From assembly GCA_965367815.1 (NCBI GenBank), contig CBDUKN010000003.1:64001-128000 (forward strand): a DNA stretch of 64,000 nucleotides, read 5' to 3'. Within the stretch, counting starts at the first letter, position 1; the number at the start of each line of letters is the position of its first letter. Under the pieces are notes generated by a model that saw only the letters and a program-made list of their open reading frames with translations, was not told the DNA's origin and did not search any database. Below, one piece after another: positions 28,390-38,808 of the stretch. The position numbers were made by a program, and so were the translations under genes. Source of the DNA: an uncultured Thermoprotei archaeon (GTDB lineage Archaea > Thermoproteota > Thermoprotei > Thermofilales > B15-G2).

Positions 28390-31300
28390 AGTACTCTTAC
28401 TGGGGTCTGGCGCCATTAAAATAGCTGAAGCAGCGGAATTCGACTACAGCGGCTCACAGGCAATTAAGGCCCTTAAAGAAGAGGGAATCAAAGTAGTCTT
28501 AGTGAACCCTAATATAGCTACTATTCAGACAGATCCTAGGCTAGCTGATAAAGTGTACTTGCTTCCAGTAAGATCTTTCTTCGTAGAAAAAGTGATAGAA
28601 AAGGAGAGGCCCGATGGAATACTTTTGGGCTTCGGGGGACAAGCGGCACTAAACTGCGGCGTAGAGCTGTATAAGCGTGGTGTTTTAGCGAAATACGATG
28701 TCAAGGTTCTAGGAACACCTATTGAGGCAATAGAGAGAGCTTCGAATAGAGAGCTTTTCCGCAAAACAATGATCGAGGCCGGGCTTCCTGTCCCTCCATC
28801 TAGAGCGGTTTCTTCCCTTGAGGAAGCCTTGGAAGCTGCTGAAGAGCTAGGCTATCCTCTAATAATGAGAGTAGCGTACAACTTGGGTGGAAGAGGCTCC
28901 TCTATACTCTTCTCAGAGAAAGATCTCAGAGAACGTGTCCCGAAGGGTCTTGCACAAAGTATGATTAGACAAGTGTTGCTAGAGAAGTACCTGGGTAAGT
29001 GGAAGGAAATAGAGTACGAGGTAGTTAGAGACTGTAAAGGCAATGTCGTAGTCCCGGTGTGCTTAGAGAACGTAGACCCTATGGGTGTTCACACAGGAGA
29101 CTCTATTGTAGTAGGACCTTCGCAGACAATCAGCAATAGAGAGTACTACGCTATGAGAGAGGCCTCAATCAAAGCGGCGGGGGCAGTAGGTATCATAGGT
29201 GAGTGCAATATACAGTTTGCCTTGAGCCCGATTAGCGAAGACTTCTATGTTATTGAAATGAACCCGCGTATGAGCAGGTCTTCAGCGCTAGCCAGTAAGG
29301 CTTCAGGATATCCCTTAGCCTATATCGCAGCAAAGCTTGCACTAGGATACACTCTCCCGGAGCTTATCAACACTGTTACTGGAGCGACTACAGCGGCTTT
29401 CGAGCCTTCACTAGACTACGTAGTAGTGAAAATACCTAGATGGGATTTCAGTAAATTTAGCAAAGTTGACAGAAGGCTATGTACGCAGATGAAGAGCGTC
29501 GGCGAGGTAATGGCTATAGGGAGGTGTTTCGAGGAAGCACTGCAGAAAGCAATAAGAATGCTAGATATAGGTAAAATAGGGCTAGTCTGCAACGATGAGG
29601 ACAAGTACACGGACCCACGGGAGCTTTTAGAAAGGCTTAAGGAGAGAGACGATGAGTGGATTTTTCTTGCAGCTAGAGCACTTGAGCTAGGGGTGCCAGT
29701 CGACGTTATAAGTGAAGTAACTGGAGTAGATAGGTGGTTTATCTATAAGATAAAGAATATTGTTGAAATGAAGAAAAAGCTTCTGAAAGCAAGAGGGCTT
29801 AGTGAAAGAGAACTAAGAGAGCTTATTAGAGAAGCTAAGAGACTGGGTTTCAGCGACAAACAGATAGCTAAGTGCCTTGGCTGCAGTGAAAGCGAGGTCA
29901 GAAAGTTTAGGAAAAGACTCGGTGTAGTGCCTGTAGTGAAGAAAATAGATACATTGGCTGCTGAGTGGCCTGCTAAAGCAAATTACCTTTACGTAACCTA
30001 TGGAGGCTGCGTAGACGACGTCGACTTCGGCGAAAGAAGCAAGGTCATAGTGCTGGGCTCGAGCACTTTCCGCATAGGAGTATCAGTTGAATTCGACTGG
30101 GCTACAGTAAATGCGGTATGGGCTTTAAGGAAGCATGGAGTAAAAGAAGTAATAGTAGTTAACTGCAATCCCGAGACTGTTTCAACAGACTGGGATATAG
30201 CGGATAAACTCTACTTCGAGGAAGTAACTCTCGAGAGAGTTCTAGATATATATGAGAAGGAAAAGCCTCACGGAGTTGTAGTCTCAATGGGAGGGCAGAC
30301 ACCAAACAATATAGCATTGAAGCTATACAAAAACGGAGTCTCTGTTTTAGGAACAAGCCCCGTAAATATTGATGAAGCAGAAGACAGATCAAAGTTCAGT
30401 AAAATTCTAGCAGAACTCAAAATAAAGCAGCCTCCTTGGATCGAAGCCAGCGACCTCGAACAGGTACTAGAGTTCGCGAGAAAAGTAGGCTATCCTGTCG
30501 TAGTTCGTCCCTCCTATGTGATAGGAGGAGCCGCTATGAAAACATGCTACAGTGAAAAAGAGTTAATTAAGTACTTGAACGAAGCCGCTAAAATATCTCC
30601 TGAGCACCCGGTTGTAGTATCTAAGTTCATTGAAGGCGCAGCTGAAGTAGAAGTAGACGCCGTTTCTGACGGAGAAAAAGTCCTAGTTGGAGCTGTTATA
30701 GAGCACATCGAGCCCGCTGGAGTACATTCTGGAGACGCGACAATGGTTATTCCTCCAGTTACTTTAAGCAGGGAGGCTTACACGAAAATACTGGACTATA
30801 CTCTGAAAATATGCCGTAGGCTTAAAGTCCGAGGACCGATAAATATACAGTTTCTAGTAAAGAACGGTGAAGTATATGTCATTGAAGCAAATGTTAGAGC
30901 CTCGCGCTCAATGCCTTTTGTAAGCAAATCTGTTTCAGTAAACTTGGCTGAAGAAGCAGTTAAAGTAATGCTAGGGAATAAGCTGGAAATAGAGGGAGAC
31001 ATAGCTGTAGCTAAGCCTAAGTACTATGCAGTCAAGTACCCCCAGTTTTCTTGGATGCAGCTCACTGGAGCAGACCCACAGCTAGACGTAAACATGAGGT
31101 CCACCGGAGAAGTAGCAGCACGTGGCCGTAGCCTGTACGAAGCATTTATTAAAGCTTGGCTGGCTTCAGAGCCAAGTAAGTATCCTGTCAAAAAAGTACT
31201 AATATACTCGGAAGACACAGCTACCAAAGAATTAGCTAAAATAGTGCCACCTAAAATCAAAGTGTACTTAGTGGACAGAAATGAAGGAGCATTCAGCAAA

Positions 31301-31471
31301 GCCTTAGTTCTCTTAAAGAGGCGTGAAGTAGACGTAGCAATAATACTCGGCAATGGAGATAAAGCATACTTGCTTAAAAGAGCTGCAGCAGACTATAATG
31401 TCCCTCTTATTCTGCACAGAGATACTGCAAAAATGCTGTTAATATCATTAAAGCTCTGCAAACTACACTAG
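28373..31471 (+). CDS. carB: Carbamoyl-phosphate synthase large subunit
   Basis: GSGAIKIAEAAEFDYSG, GVHTGDS, EMNPRMSRSSALASKASG and a second ATP-grasp with GVHSGDA. Confidence 0.97.
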   Translation: MEFPSKVLLLGSGAIKIAEAAEFDYSGSQAIKALKEEGIKVVLVNPNIATIQTDPRLADKVYLLPVRSFFVEKVIEKERPDGILLGFGGQAALNCGVELYKRGVLAKYDVKVLGTPIEAIERASNRELFRKTMIEAGLPVPPSRAVSSLEEALEAAEELGYPLIMRVAYNLGGRGSSILFSEKDLRERVPKGLAQSMIRQVLLEKYLGKWKEIEYEVVRDCKGNVVVPVCLENVDPMGVHTGDSIVVGPSQTISNREYYAMREASIKAAGAVGIIGECNIQFALSPISEDFYVIEMNPRMSRSSALASKASGYPLAYIAAKLALGYTLPELINTVTGATTAAFEPSLDYVVVKIPRWDFSKFSKVDRRLCTQMKSVGEVMAIGRCFEEALQKAIRMLDIGKIGLVCNDEDKYTDPRELLERLKERDDEWIFLAARALELGVPVDVISEVTGVDRWFIYKIKNIVEMKKKLLKARGLSERELRELIREAKRLGFSDKQIAKCLGCSESEVRKFRKRLGVVPVVKKIDTLAAEWPAKANYLYVTYGGCVDDVDFGERSKVIVLGSSTFRIGVSVEFDWATVNAVWALRKHGVKEVIVVNCNPETVSTDWDIADKLYFEEVTLERVLDIYEKEKPHGVVVSMGGQTPNNIALKLYKNGVSVLGTSPVNIDEAEDRSKFSKILAELKIKQPPWIEASDLEQVLEFARKVGYPVVVRPSYVIGGAAMKTCYSEKELIKYLNEAAKISPEHPVVVSKFIEGAAEVEVDAVSDGEKVLVGAVIEHIEPAGVHSGDATMVIPPVTLSREAYTKILDYTLKICRRLKVRGPINIQFLVKNGEVYVIEANVRASRSMPFVSKSVSVNLAEEAVKVMLGNKLEIEGDIAVAKPKYYAVKYPQFSWMQLTGADPQLDVNMRSTGEVAARGRSLYEAFIKAWLASEPSKYPVKKVLIYSEDTATKELAKIVPPKIKVYLVDRNEGAFSKALVLLKRREVDVAIILGNGDKAYLLKRAAADYNVPLILHRDTAKMLLISLKLCKLH

Positions 31472-31521
31472 CTCAAGCAGCGTTCTACGCTGACTTCCAT
31501 GAACATAAATACTCTATACAG

Positions 31522-31917
31522 CTAACGAGAACTATTTAGTACTTCTAACACTTGCTGAGGACCATCCAGTAAAATCTTCAGCTTATTTAGTATTTCGCGG
31601 CCAACTAACTTTTTCCTAATATAGGGCGATGAATAAACATACGCGTACAAAATCTTGTTCTCTAATTCTATTTTAGTGAAAGCTCTATACAACTTAATAG
31701 TATTGCCTGTAGCGAACCGCCCTACTAGAGGATAAGGTTCTTCAGCTAACATTAGCTCTAGTTTTAAGTAAATGTCATAGGGTACTAGAATTCCTCCGGC
31801 AAAGCCTGTATCTACTTTAAAAGTTAATGTAAGGCTTTTATCGTCGTATGGAGAGTAGACTTTGAGTACTAGTACTGGCACTGGAGGATCTTCGGCAGTA
31901 CTATAAGGCTCTCTCAC
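31522..31917 (-). CDS. Clan AA (retropepsin-like) aspartyl protease
   Basis: FKVDTGF catalytic motif and LVGREILN. Confidence 0.8.
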   Translation of the reverse strand: MREPYSTAEDPPVPVLVLKVYSPYDDKSLTLTFKVDTGFAGGILVPYDIYLKLELMLAEEPYPLVGRFATGNTIKLYRAFTKIELENKILYAYVYSSPYIRKKLVGREILNKLKILLDGPQQVLEVLNSSR

Positions 31918-32321
31918 TCAACCACCTCAAATAAAGACATACCGAGCTCAATTATCCTAATTTTCTTGGGCTCAACTCTAGTGACTATCGCGTGCCGAGG
32001 CTTTACTTCTTTAATAGCTTTAAGCGCCTCTTCTCTACTATCAAATATTCCTAAAAGTTTTCCGCGGGCTATAGCTACATACTTATTCATGTGGTTTCTA
32101 ATCAAATAGTCTTCAAGCTCTCTGTAAACTCTTCTATTAGCTTCAGCTTCCTTTTTGATCTCCAAGTACTCTACAACATCAATATTCTCAGAAGCCTTGA
32201 TCCACAGACTTAGAGCCTGATTAAGCGCTTCACCTAAAGTCAAACCCTTTAACGCAACCATAGCCTTAAACTTCCTATAAAGTTCCTCATCCACATTCTT
32301 GAAGGCAACTACTTTACCCAC
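31914..32321 (-). CDS. RHH plus DUF5678-like protein (partner of the aspartyl protease)
   Basis: N-terminal VAFKNVDEELYRKFKAMVALKGLTLGEALNQAL; C-terminal NKYVAIARGKLLGIFDSREEAL; GTGA overlap. Confidence 0.7.
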   Translation of the reverse strand: MGKVVAFKNVDEELYRKFKAMVALKGLTLGEALNQALSLWIKASENIDVVEYLEIKKEAEANRRVYRELEDYLIRNHMNKYVAIARGKLLGIFDSREEALKAIKEVKPRHAIVTRVEPKKIRIIELGMSLFEVVE

Positions 32322-32381
32322 AGTAAACTAGAATACTTATAAGGTAATAAGTTTAACCATAGTTTACCTTATTAACAACTT

Positions 32382-32792
32382 TCAATCTGCGAACTTAATT
32401 TCATGGTAAACATCAAGCCAGTACAGTATAGTCGGAATAACTAATATAACTAAAATAGATGGGTCTAGTGAATTGATATTTATTATCAAATAAGATAGCA
32501 AAAAGACCGTAAAGAATACTGCATGAGGAACATGCCTAGGTATAAGTAGTTTCCCCAGAGTAATATACATTACAGCAATTTTTCTAGGTAAAACAGGTTT
32601 AGCAAGATATCCTCCAGGTACTTTCTTAGCTAAATTGAGTTCAACGAGACGTTCTAAGTGATAATGAGCAGTGCCGGGGCTTTTAAAACCGAGAGCTTTC
32701 TGAATTTCAGAAATAGACATTGCTCTACCGCGTTTAAGTAAAACTAAATATACTTTGAGAGTAGTTTCACCTAACTTTACTTTCTTGCACAT
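32382..32792 (-). CDS. Membrane-tethered winged-HTH regulator
   Basis: TLKVYLVLL...SEIQKALGFKSPGTAHYHLERL followed by two TM helices. Confidence 0.75.
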   Translation of the reverse strand: MCKKVKLGETTLKVYLVLLKRGRAMSISEIQKALGFKSPGTAHYHLERLVELNLAKKVPGGYLAKPVLPRKIAVMYITLGKLLIPRHVPHAVFFTVFLLSYLIININSLDPSILVILVIPTILYWLDVYHEIKFAD

Positions 32793-32821
32793 TCACTTAG
32801 TATATAATAAAGCTACCTTAA

Positions 32822-32850
32822 TTTCGATACTTTCGAATATTTCTTCGAAA
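32822..32850. promoter_or_regulatory. Candidate operator TTTCGAA-N6-TTCGAAA plus an extra half-site
   Basis: Perfect 7-bp inverted arms at 32831-32837 and 32844-32850, between divergent genes. Confidence 0.5.
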
Positions 32851-32885
32851 CTATAGAAATAAGTTAACCTGCAAATCAAGTAATA

Positions 32886-33566
32886 TTGATGGAAAAAGTG
32901 CTAATGGTAGCTTTATTGTTGTTAACTTTAACTCCAGTTTATGCAACACCTGTTAAAGTAAATGTATTTTATAAAGGAAAGCTTGCTGAAGATATTATAG
33001 TAGTATGGTTTACTATCAATAATTTAAGTAAACAAAGCTATTCAGTTAATATTTACTTAAAATATATTAAACAAGGACATACTACCATAAATGCAACAAT
33101 AGATAAAACTTATATTTTCGCCGTAAAAATATTAAATAATTCACTATCTAATGCAAGCCCAGTAATACTGATAAAGGGCTCCGAAGTAAAACTAGAAATA
33201 TTTAGAGAAGTCGAGAGGAAGATATATGGAACAAAATCTTACCGCCTAATATTCTACACCCTAAACATAATTCTCCAAAAAATTACAGAAGAGTATACTA
33301 CAAAAAGCGGCGTTATAAAAGTAGGGTTCTCTGTGTCTCATAAAGAAGGTTTTCCAGCAACTATTGAAGAACTAGAGCCTAACAAAGTCTACTCAGTTAC
33401 TGTTACTATTGAAATTGCTGAAGAACACGGACTTTACGAAAAATACTACACGCCTACTAGAACTATGTGGCAAATAATAATTCCTTTAACTATAGCAATA
33501 ATAGCTGCAGCTATAGTAGTATTGCTCAAGAAGAAACTATCAAGCAGATTTTTCTCGTATTACTGA
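32886..33566 (+). CDS. Surface protein with signal peptide and C-terminal TM anchor
   Basis: Signal-like N-terminus, beta-rich body, TM plus KKK tail. Confidence 0.65.
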   Translation: MMEKVLMVALLLLTLTPVYATPVKVNVFYKGKLAEDIIVVWFTINNLSKQSYSVNIYLKYIKQGHTTINATIDKTYIFAVKILNNSLSNASPVILIKGSEVKLEIFREVERKIYGTKSYRLIFYTLNIILQKITEEYTTKSGVIKVGFSVSHKEGFPATIEELEPNKVYSVTVTIEIAEEHGLYEKYYTPTRTMWQIIIPLTIAIIAAAIVVLLKKKLSSRFFSYY

Positions 33567-33670
33567 AACAACAGTACTACATAAGATATTTTGCTTTTTA
33601 TATTGCTTAATTACTCCATAATTTATCTCAGCTAATTCATTAATATTAAGTAACTAAGTAGTTAGTTAAA

Positions 33671-34132
33671 TCACCATATCACATGTAGCCCTAGTTTTAA
33701 AGCAACATAAGTTAGGTCTCTATCTCCCGTTAAAATGGGGCATTTTTCGCTGAGAGCTACAGTCAGTACAGTAGAATCCACTAGACTAAGTCTTCTCTGC
33801 ATTAAGTTCTCGTCTCCTGACTCTGCAAGAAGCTTATCTCCCATGACCTTAATTTCCGCGGCTTTGATATAGTCTTCAAACTCCAGTTTTCTGACAATGA
33901 AATAGGTCTTGAGAAATGCTTTAACTTCATCAATATTCTTTAAGGCAGGTATTCTCCCCTTATACCACTGTATAGTATACTCGTATGCAACGGTCTCTGG
34001 GACTATTCCAGTAACTTCGCCTTTGTATATTGAGCACATAATATTCTCTGCTTTTGAAGACAGTTCTCCAAAAACCATTGCCATGAGCGCATAAGTATCT
34101 ACAACTACTTTCCTATTCTTTTCTCCTCCCAT
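33671..34132 (-). CDS. vapC: VapC PIN toxin
   Basis: VVVDTYAL, TVAYE, SLVDSTVL, ILTGDRDL. Confidence 0.85.
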   Translation of the reverse strand: MGGEKNRKVVVDTYALMAMVFGELSSKAENIMCSIYKGEVTGIVPETVAYEYTIQWYKGRIPALKNIDEVKAFLKTYFIVRKLEFEDYIKAAEIKVMGDKLLAESGDENLMQRRLSLVDSTVLTVALSEKCPILTGDRDLTYVALKLGLHVIW

Positions 34133-34353
34133 ATTTTCTCCTCTTTATCCAATTCTCTCTCTACATCTTCTGCACTACCTTTGCCTTTACAGCAGCCCCA
34201 GACTCTCCACCACAAGTCTAAAGGAGACAAAATAATTTCTCTGTCTTTAACTCGGGCAACGAGCATCATTCCCTCTCTGATACCAGCTTTCTCTCGAATA
34301 CTTTTTGGGAGCACGATAATACCTTTCTTATAAACCTTTACAACAGCTGACAC
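34105..34353 (-). CDS. vapB: AbrB/MazE-type antitoxin
   Basis: VKVYKKGIIVLPKSIREKAGIREG. Confidence 0.85.
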   Translation of the reverse strand: MSAVVKVYKKGIIVLPKSIREKAGIREGMMLVARVKDREIILSPLDLWWRVWGCCKGKGSAEDVERELDKEEKIWEEKRIGK

Positions 34354-34388
34354 AAGTTTAACACTTCAGTTAAACTTATAAGTTTAAC
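34354..34388. promoter_or_regulatory. Triple alternating 9-bp operator (AAGTTTAAC / GTTAAACTT / AAGTTTAAC)
   Basis: Exact sites at 34354-34362, 34369-34377 and 34380-34388, abutting the antitoxin start. Confidence 0.6.
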
Positions 34389-34449
34389 TTAGAGCTTAAT
34401 GCCAGAATGTAAAACTGTGTGCCAGTAACTTTTGATTCAGATAGAGCAG

Positions 34450-34941
34450 TTAAGATTTCGAAGAACTACTGTTTTTGAATATACGAGGAAACGGTATTAA
34501 CATAGGTGTTTTCTTCATGTAGTTGATGTATTTTTCGCCCCAGTACTCTATTAGCTCTTTTTCCTTTACTTTAATGAACAGTATCCAAGCTGGCAAGAAT
34601 AGTACCCAGACTATGAAGCCCCACAAGCTTGTCATAAATAATGGTATCGACAGTTAAGCAAGAAGAAGTAGAAAGTAAAGTGGATGTCTACAGAGCGCGT
34701 ACGGGCATTCACAGAAAAGTTCTCCTATGTCTTCTGGCTTATCGTGTCTACTTGGATACTTTCTATGTATTGCTGCCATAAGAGCGACTGAAGTAAAAAA
34801 GAGTATAGAGGCTATAGTTTGAGCAAAATCTTTCACTAAATTTTGTGCTTTAAGACTATTTACTGTAGTGCAGGAAATAGCTATCAGTAGAATAAAGCCT
34901 GAGCTTATTACTATTCTACGTAAAGTAGCTGACTTAACCAT
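34450..34941 (-). pseudogene. Isoprenylcysteine/phospholipid methyltransferase (ICMT/PEMT) family, nonsense-split
   Basis: CPYALCRHPLY, in-frame TAA at 34654-34656, then KEKELIEYWGEKYINYMKKTP. Confidence 0.8.
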
Positions 34942-35359
34942 AAATTATCACCCTAATGACTGCTAGAATAAGAAACACTAGAAGTGATATAGAGAAAAAC
35001 CGTTTAGGGTAGTTTACAGTATTTTTCCATGAGCTATAGAGATCTTTGCTTTCTTTTTGAATACTATAGAATCTTGATACATAAAACCATAACAGTAAAT
35101 ATGCTTGTGATTTCACAATACTGTAAATCAAGTATACTAAAGGATAATTACTTCTAAAATATAGCACCAATATTTCATAGTCTGTTTTTGCAATTAATAG
35201 AGTTGAGAGCACTCCTATTGCTGGATGCAAAATTGTAAACGAGCTACTTAAGAAAAGCGAAGTGACACTATTTAGCCACAGCAAGACTATTGAGTAAAAT
35301 ACACTATGTTGTCCAACAGAAGCAGTACATTTAGTAAAGCCTACATGATAAGTCTTCAT
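34934..35359 (-). CDS. Hypothetical membrane protein, probably 5'-decayed
   Basis: Hydrophobic ORF overlapping the ICMT-like gene start. Confidence 0.4.
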   Translation of the reverse strand: MKTYHVGFTKCTASVGQHSVFYSIVLLWLNSVTSLFLSSSFTILHPAIGVLSTLLIAKTDYEILVLYFRSNYPLVYLIYSIVKSQAYLLLWFYVSRFYSIQKESKDLYSSWKNTVNYPKRFFSISLLVFLILAVIRVIIYG

Positions 35360-35665
35360 TAAGCTAGCTGCCGTGAAGATTCATGAAACTCTCCATCAGG
35401 TGGATAAATTGTTACTCTATTTAATACCTCCTTGAACAATTCATCTCAGCAGTGCGCCTATATTCCAATTAATATACCATTATTTACTAAAACCATATGG
35501 GTAGAATAGAATAAAAGAACTAGAGTAATTGAAGTATTTCTTAAGTCCCGCTAAGAGAGCTTACCTAGAGTAAAGAAGAAAATGCAAACTGATGTACAGT
35601 AGATTTCGGCAAACATTTTCGTAAAGAGCTTTAAAAGTAGCTACGTTTAATGATATGGTGATTTA

Positions 35666-36436
35666 ATGGTATTTAAGGCATCTGACTACTGGTTTAAAAT
35701 GATTTTCGAAATAATGATTAAAGACGGCGATTTAAGATTGCTTGGAGACTACTTTATTATAGGGCTTGGGGGAGGCTTTACTACGCTACACAAGTACCTA
35801 GAGAGTCCAGTTGATGTCACTGGAAGTGGGCGTATAGCGAAAGCTTTTACTGGAACCTATAGGGGAGTCAAGCTGTCTGCCATAGCTATAGCAGGTGGAG
35901 GAATATATGCTGAGTGGATACTAGGTCTTGCATACAAGAAGAAAGCTAAAGCGGTAGTAGGCGTAGGCTGGTGCGGCGGACTAGCAGACTTCATTGAAGT
36001 AGGAGACATAGTTATTCCAGTAGCGGCAGTTAGAGACGAAGACACTACAAAACACTATGTTTGTGACTCTTATCCAGCTGTAGCAGACTTTACTTTAGCA
36101 AATACTCTATACGAGACTCTAAAAGAACTTTCCGCGAATACGGGTATAAGGGTTCACGAAGGCTTGCTAATAACTACTTCATCTACTCTCACAGAGAATC
36201 CTGAGTGGGGACATGAGTGGGCTTCGTGGAGAGTTCTTGGAGTAGACTGTGAGACTTCAGTAGTATATACCTTAGCAACTTTAGCTGGAATACCTGCAGT
36301 AAACGTACTTGTCGTAAGCGACCACGTCGTTAAAAGAAAGGCTGCCGAAGAAACTCAGCTAGAAGAAAAAATGATTAAGGCATATGACTTAGCTCTAAAG
36401 GCCTCCTACGAGACTTTAGCAAAACTATCTGTATAA
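35666..36436 (+). CDS. Nucleoside phosphorylase (uridine/purine phosphorylase family)
   Basis: GVGWCGGL, GDIVIPVAAVRDEDTT, YPAVAD, GVDCETS, VVSDH. Confidence 0.85.
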   Translation: MVFKASDYWFKMIFEIMIKDGDLRLLGDYFIIGLGGGFTTLHKYLESPVDVTGSGRIAKAFTGTYRGVKLSAIAIAGGGIYAEWILGLAYKKKAKAVVGVGWCGGLADFIEVGDIVIPVAAVRDEDTTKHYVCDSYPAVADFTLANTLYETLKELSANTGIRVHEGLLITTSSTLTENPEWGHEWASWRVLGVDCETSVVYTLATLAGIPAVNVLVVSDHVVKRKAAEETQLEEKMIKAYDLALKASYETLAKLSV

Positions 36437-37378
36437 ATCCTTAGTGACTCTACTTAAGTCGAATTTCTTTTTCAACAAGTATTCAGCTACTCTATCTAGG
36501 CTTCTCTTATCTTTTAGTTTCCTTATTTTTCTATGTCTTATTACACGTTTCAGAGCAGGCGACCAGCCTTCTTTAGCAGCTTGACAAAGTCTACTTAATT
36601 CACATACTCTAGAAGCATTGAATACAAAAAGGTATCCGTGATAGTTTTTAATACAGACTTCAGCATGAAGATACGCTACATCATACCTTCTTGTACCCAG
36701 CTTCCCTAAAAGAGCGTCACGGTAAAGAGTAAGCATAGCTGATTTCTCTCTACTAAGTAAGTAGTTTATCGCAGAAATAACTTCACTTAGTGTTTTTTGA
36801 GAAGGTTTATATGAGCCGAGATAAGCGCCCGATTCATTTAATTCAATTAAATTATCTGCCAAATACTCGGGATCTATGTCCTTTCCCTCCTCCCTCCAAG
36901 CCTAAAGCACCTACCGCTAAGTATGTCTTTACTCCCAGATCTCTAGAAATAGTGCTCAGCGACGCAAGACCTAAAGTATCTGTTTCAAAGCTTCCTAAAA
37001 GAGGCTCATCGCCGAAAATAAGCGAGTCTCCACCAAGATCAACTGATATAAATATCTTAACATTTAGCTCTGAGAGCAGTTTTTCTAACCCATCGACTAC
37101 GTCTTTCCCTTTTTCTTTAAGACAAATAACGTATGTTTTAAAGCCCAGTAAAGCGATATGAGACTCGAAAAACCTCCTGTTGCTCCACGAAAAAGAAGTT
37201 ACTTCAACTACTGCCTTCGAGTACTTTTTTGCACGAAGAATAGTATCACTATGGCACTTAGCAAAAGAGATAAACACAGGGTCTATTCCTAGGCGACGTA
37301 AAGGAACAGCGAAGGCTAAAGTTCCTCCAGAGTCTCCTCTCCACCTAAGCCTCCTAAAGCTATCTTATATGATTTCAT
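36425..37378 (-). pseudogene. DUF1152-family protein, frameshifted twice
   Basis: MKSYKIALGGLGG / GDSGG, VDLGGDSLIFGDEPLLGSFETD, GALGLEG; split across three frames. Confidence 0.75.
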
Positions 37379-37388
37379 ATAGTCTAAA

Positions 37389-37625
37389 TTACTTTAGTAT
37401 ATCTTTCACCTTATCTACAATATCGTCTATTTTGTCTGGAGGAAATACTAAGAATTTCCGAGAAGTCTCGTCAAGTACTCTCAAGTTACCATAGCTCAGA
37501 AAAATTCTAGCTCCTTTATCTCCCTTCTTCACATGGAGGTAGCGAGAATACTCATATACTTCTACTCCAGGAACGCTTTCCTCGATTTTCTTCTTTAATT
37601 TGCTTTTAATAGTCTCCCAATCCAT
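37389..37625 (-). CDS. Small hypothetical protein
   Basis: 78 aa with protein-like composition, co-oriented with its neighbours. Confidence 0.6.
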   Translation of the reverse strand: MDWETIKSKLKKKIEESVPGVEVYEYSRYLHVKKGDKGARIFLSYGNLRVLDETSRKFLVFPPDKIDDIVDKVKDILK

Positions 37626-37760
37626 AATAATATGACGTACTCTAAGTGATATTTCTATCTAACAACAGACTCCGCTAAGCACCTTACTTGATTTCAGTGA
37701 AATACATTGTTTGCACTAGCTAACTTTGCTGCTGAAGCAGAAGTTCGGAATCCTATGGAG

Positions 37761-38708
37761 TTAGTACTTGTACTTTATCGCTATTTCTCTTCTCTCAATC
37801 ATTGATTTAAGCGAAGCATCATTTATAACTTGAGCTCTATAGCCGTCTATTTCATTAACAAACGGCTTTTCTCCTTTTTCAATACACTCCAAGAAGTACT
37901 TGTCTTCCTTTTCGTAGGGCCTCCACTGCCTGCACTCTACTTTATTTTCATTGAAGTATATTTCGCCGCCTCTAACTAATATTGTTCCTTCAGTACCTAC
38001 TATTCCTAGGTCTCTTGATGAAGCTTTAGCAGTAATACTTGAAATAAGAGTTACTAGCGCACCTTTGCTTGTTTTCATAGCGTAGACCATGTTATCCTCG
38101 TAGTCGAATTCCTCGATTACGTAGCGTCCGCCCATACAGTAGACGCTAACAGGTTCTCCTACAATCCATCTAATAATATCTACCTCGTGTACAGTCTGCT
38201 CAAATAATCCAGCATTAAGTTTTCTCTTAGTTCTCCAGCCTCCAATCCCCTTAATATAAGGAGGCCTAATATCAAAAAACCAGGCATTAACAATGCGGCC
38301 TACTTTCTCAGAAAGCTCTTTAACCTTATTGTATACTGGGAAAAATCTTAAAACAAATCCCATCATAAACAATATGCCTGATTTTTTCACATAGTCAACT
38401 ATTCTCTCAGCTTCTTCTACTGTAACACACAGCGGTTTTTCGCAGAATATGTGTTTTTCTTCTTCACATGCTCTTTTAATAACTTCTTCATGTGTAAAAG
38501 GAGGAGTACAGACATAAACTGCGTCGACTTTACTTAAAAGTTCATCTAAGCTACTACAGTACTCTAAACTAAGTTCACTTGAAGCATGTTTAGCTGCATC
38601 TAATCGAATATCGTATACAGCTACTTCGGCGCCCAGATTCTTGAGTATTTTAGCGTGAGTCTTGCCAATAGCACCTAAACCGACAACACCTACCTTAATA
38701 TTCATCAA
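37761..38708 (-). CDS. Gfo/Idh/MocA-family oxidoreductase
   Basis: GVVGLGAIG, VCTPPFTH, FCEKP, GFVLRF. Confidence 0.9.
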   Translation of the reverse strand: MMNIKVGVVGLGAIGKTHAKILKNLGAEVAVYDIRLDAAKHASSELSLEYCSSLDELLSKVDAVYVCTPPFTHEEVIKRACEEEKHIFCEKPLCVTVEEAERIVDYVKKSGILFMMGFVLRFFPVYNKVKELSEKVGRIVNAWFFDIRPPYIKGIGGWRTKRKLNAGLFEQTVHEVDIIRWIVGEPVSVYCMGGRYVIEEFDYEDNMVYAMKTSKGALVTLISSITAKASSRDLGIVGTEGTILVRGGEIYFNENKVECRQWRPYEKEDKYFLECIEKGEKPFVNEIDGYRAQVINDASLKSMIERREIAIKYKY

Positions 38709-38808
38709 GTCTCTCCGTAGACAAAAGTCTTCATTAGAGTATTTAACACTACTCGAAAGCTAAACCGAAGTATAAAATGTTTTATAGGCATTTAACGTTG
38801 AAGAGACT

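Noticed and set aside
346-34656. In-frame TAG, TGA or TAA as recoding (Pyl, Sec or an alternative code)
   Set aside because: All three stop types occur, usually alongside frameshifts, and intact genes terminate with all three
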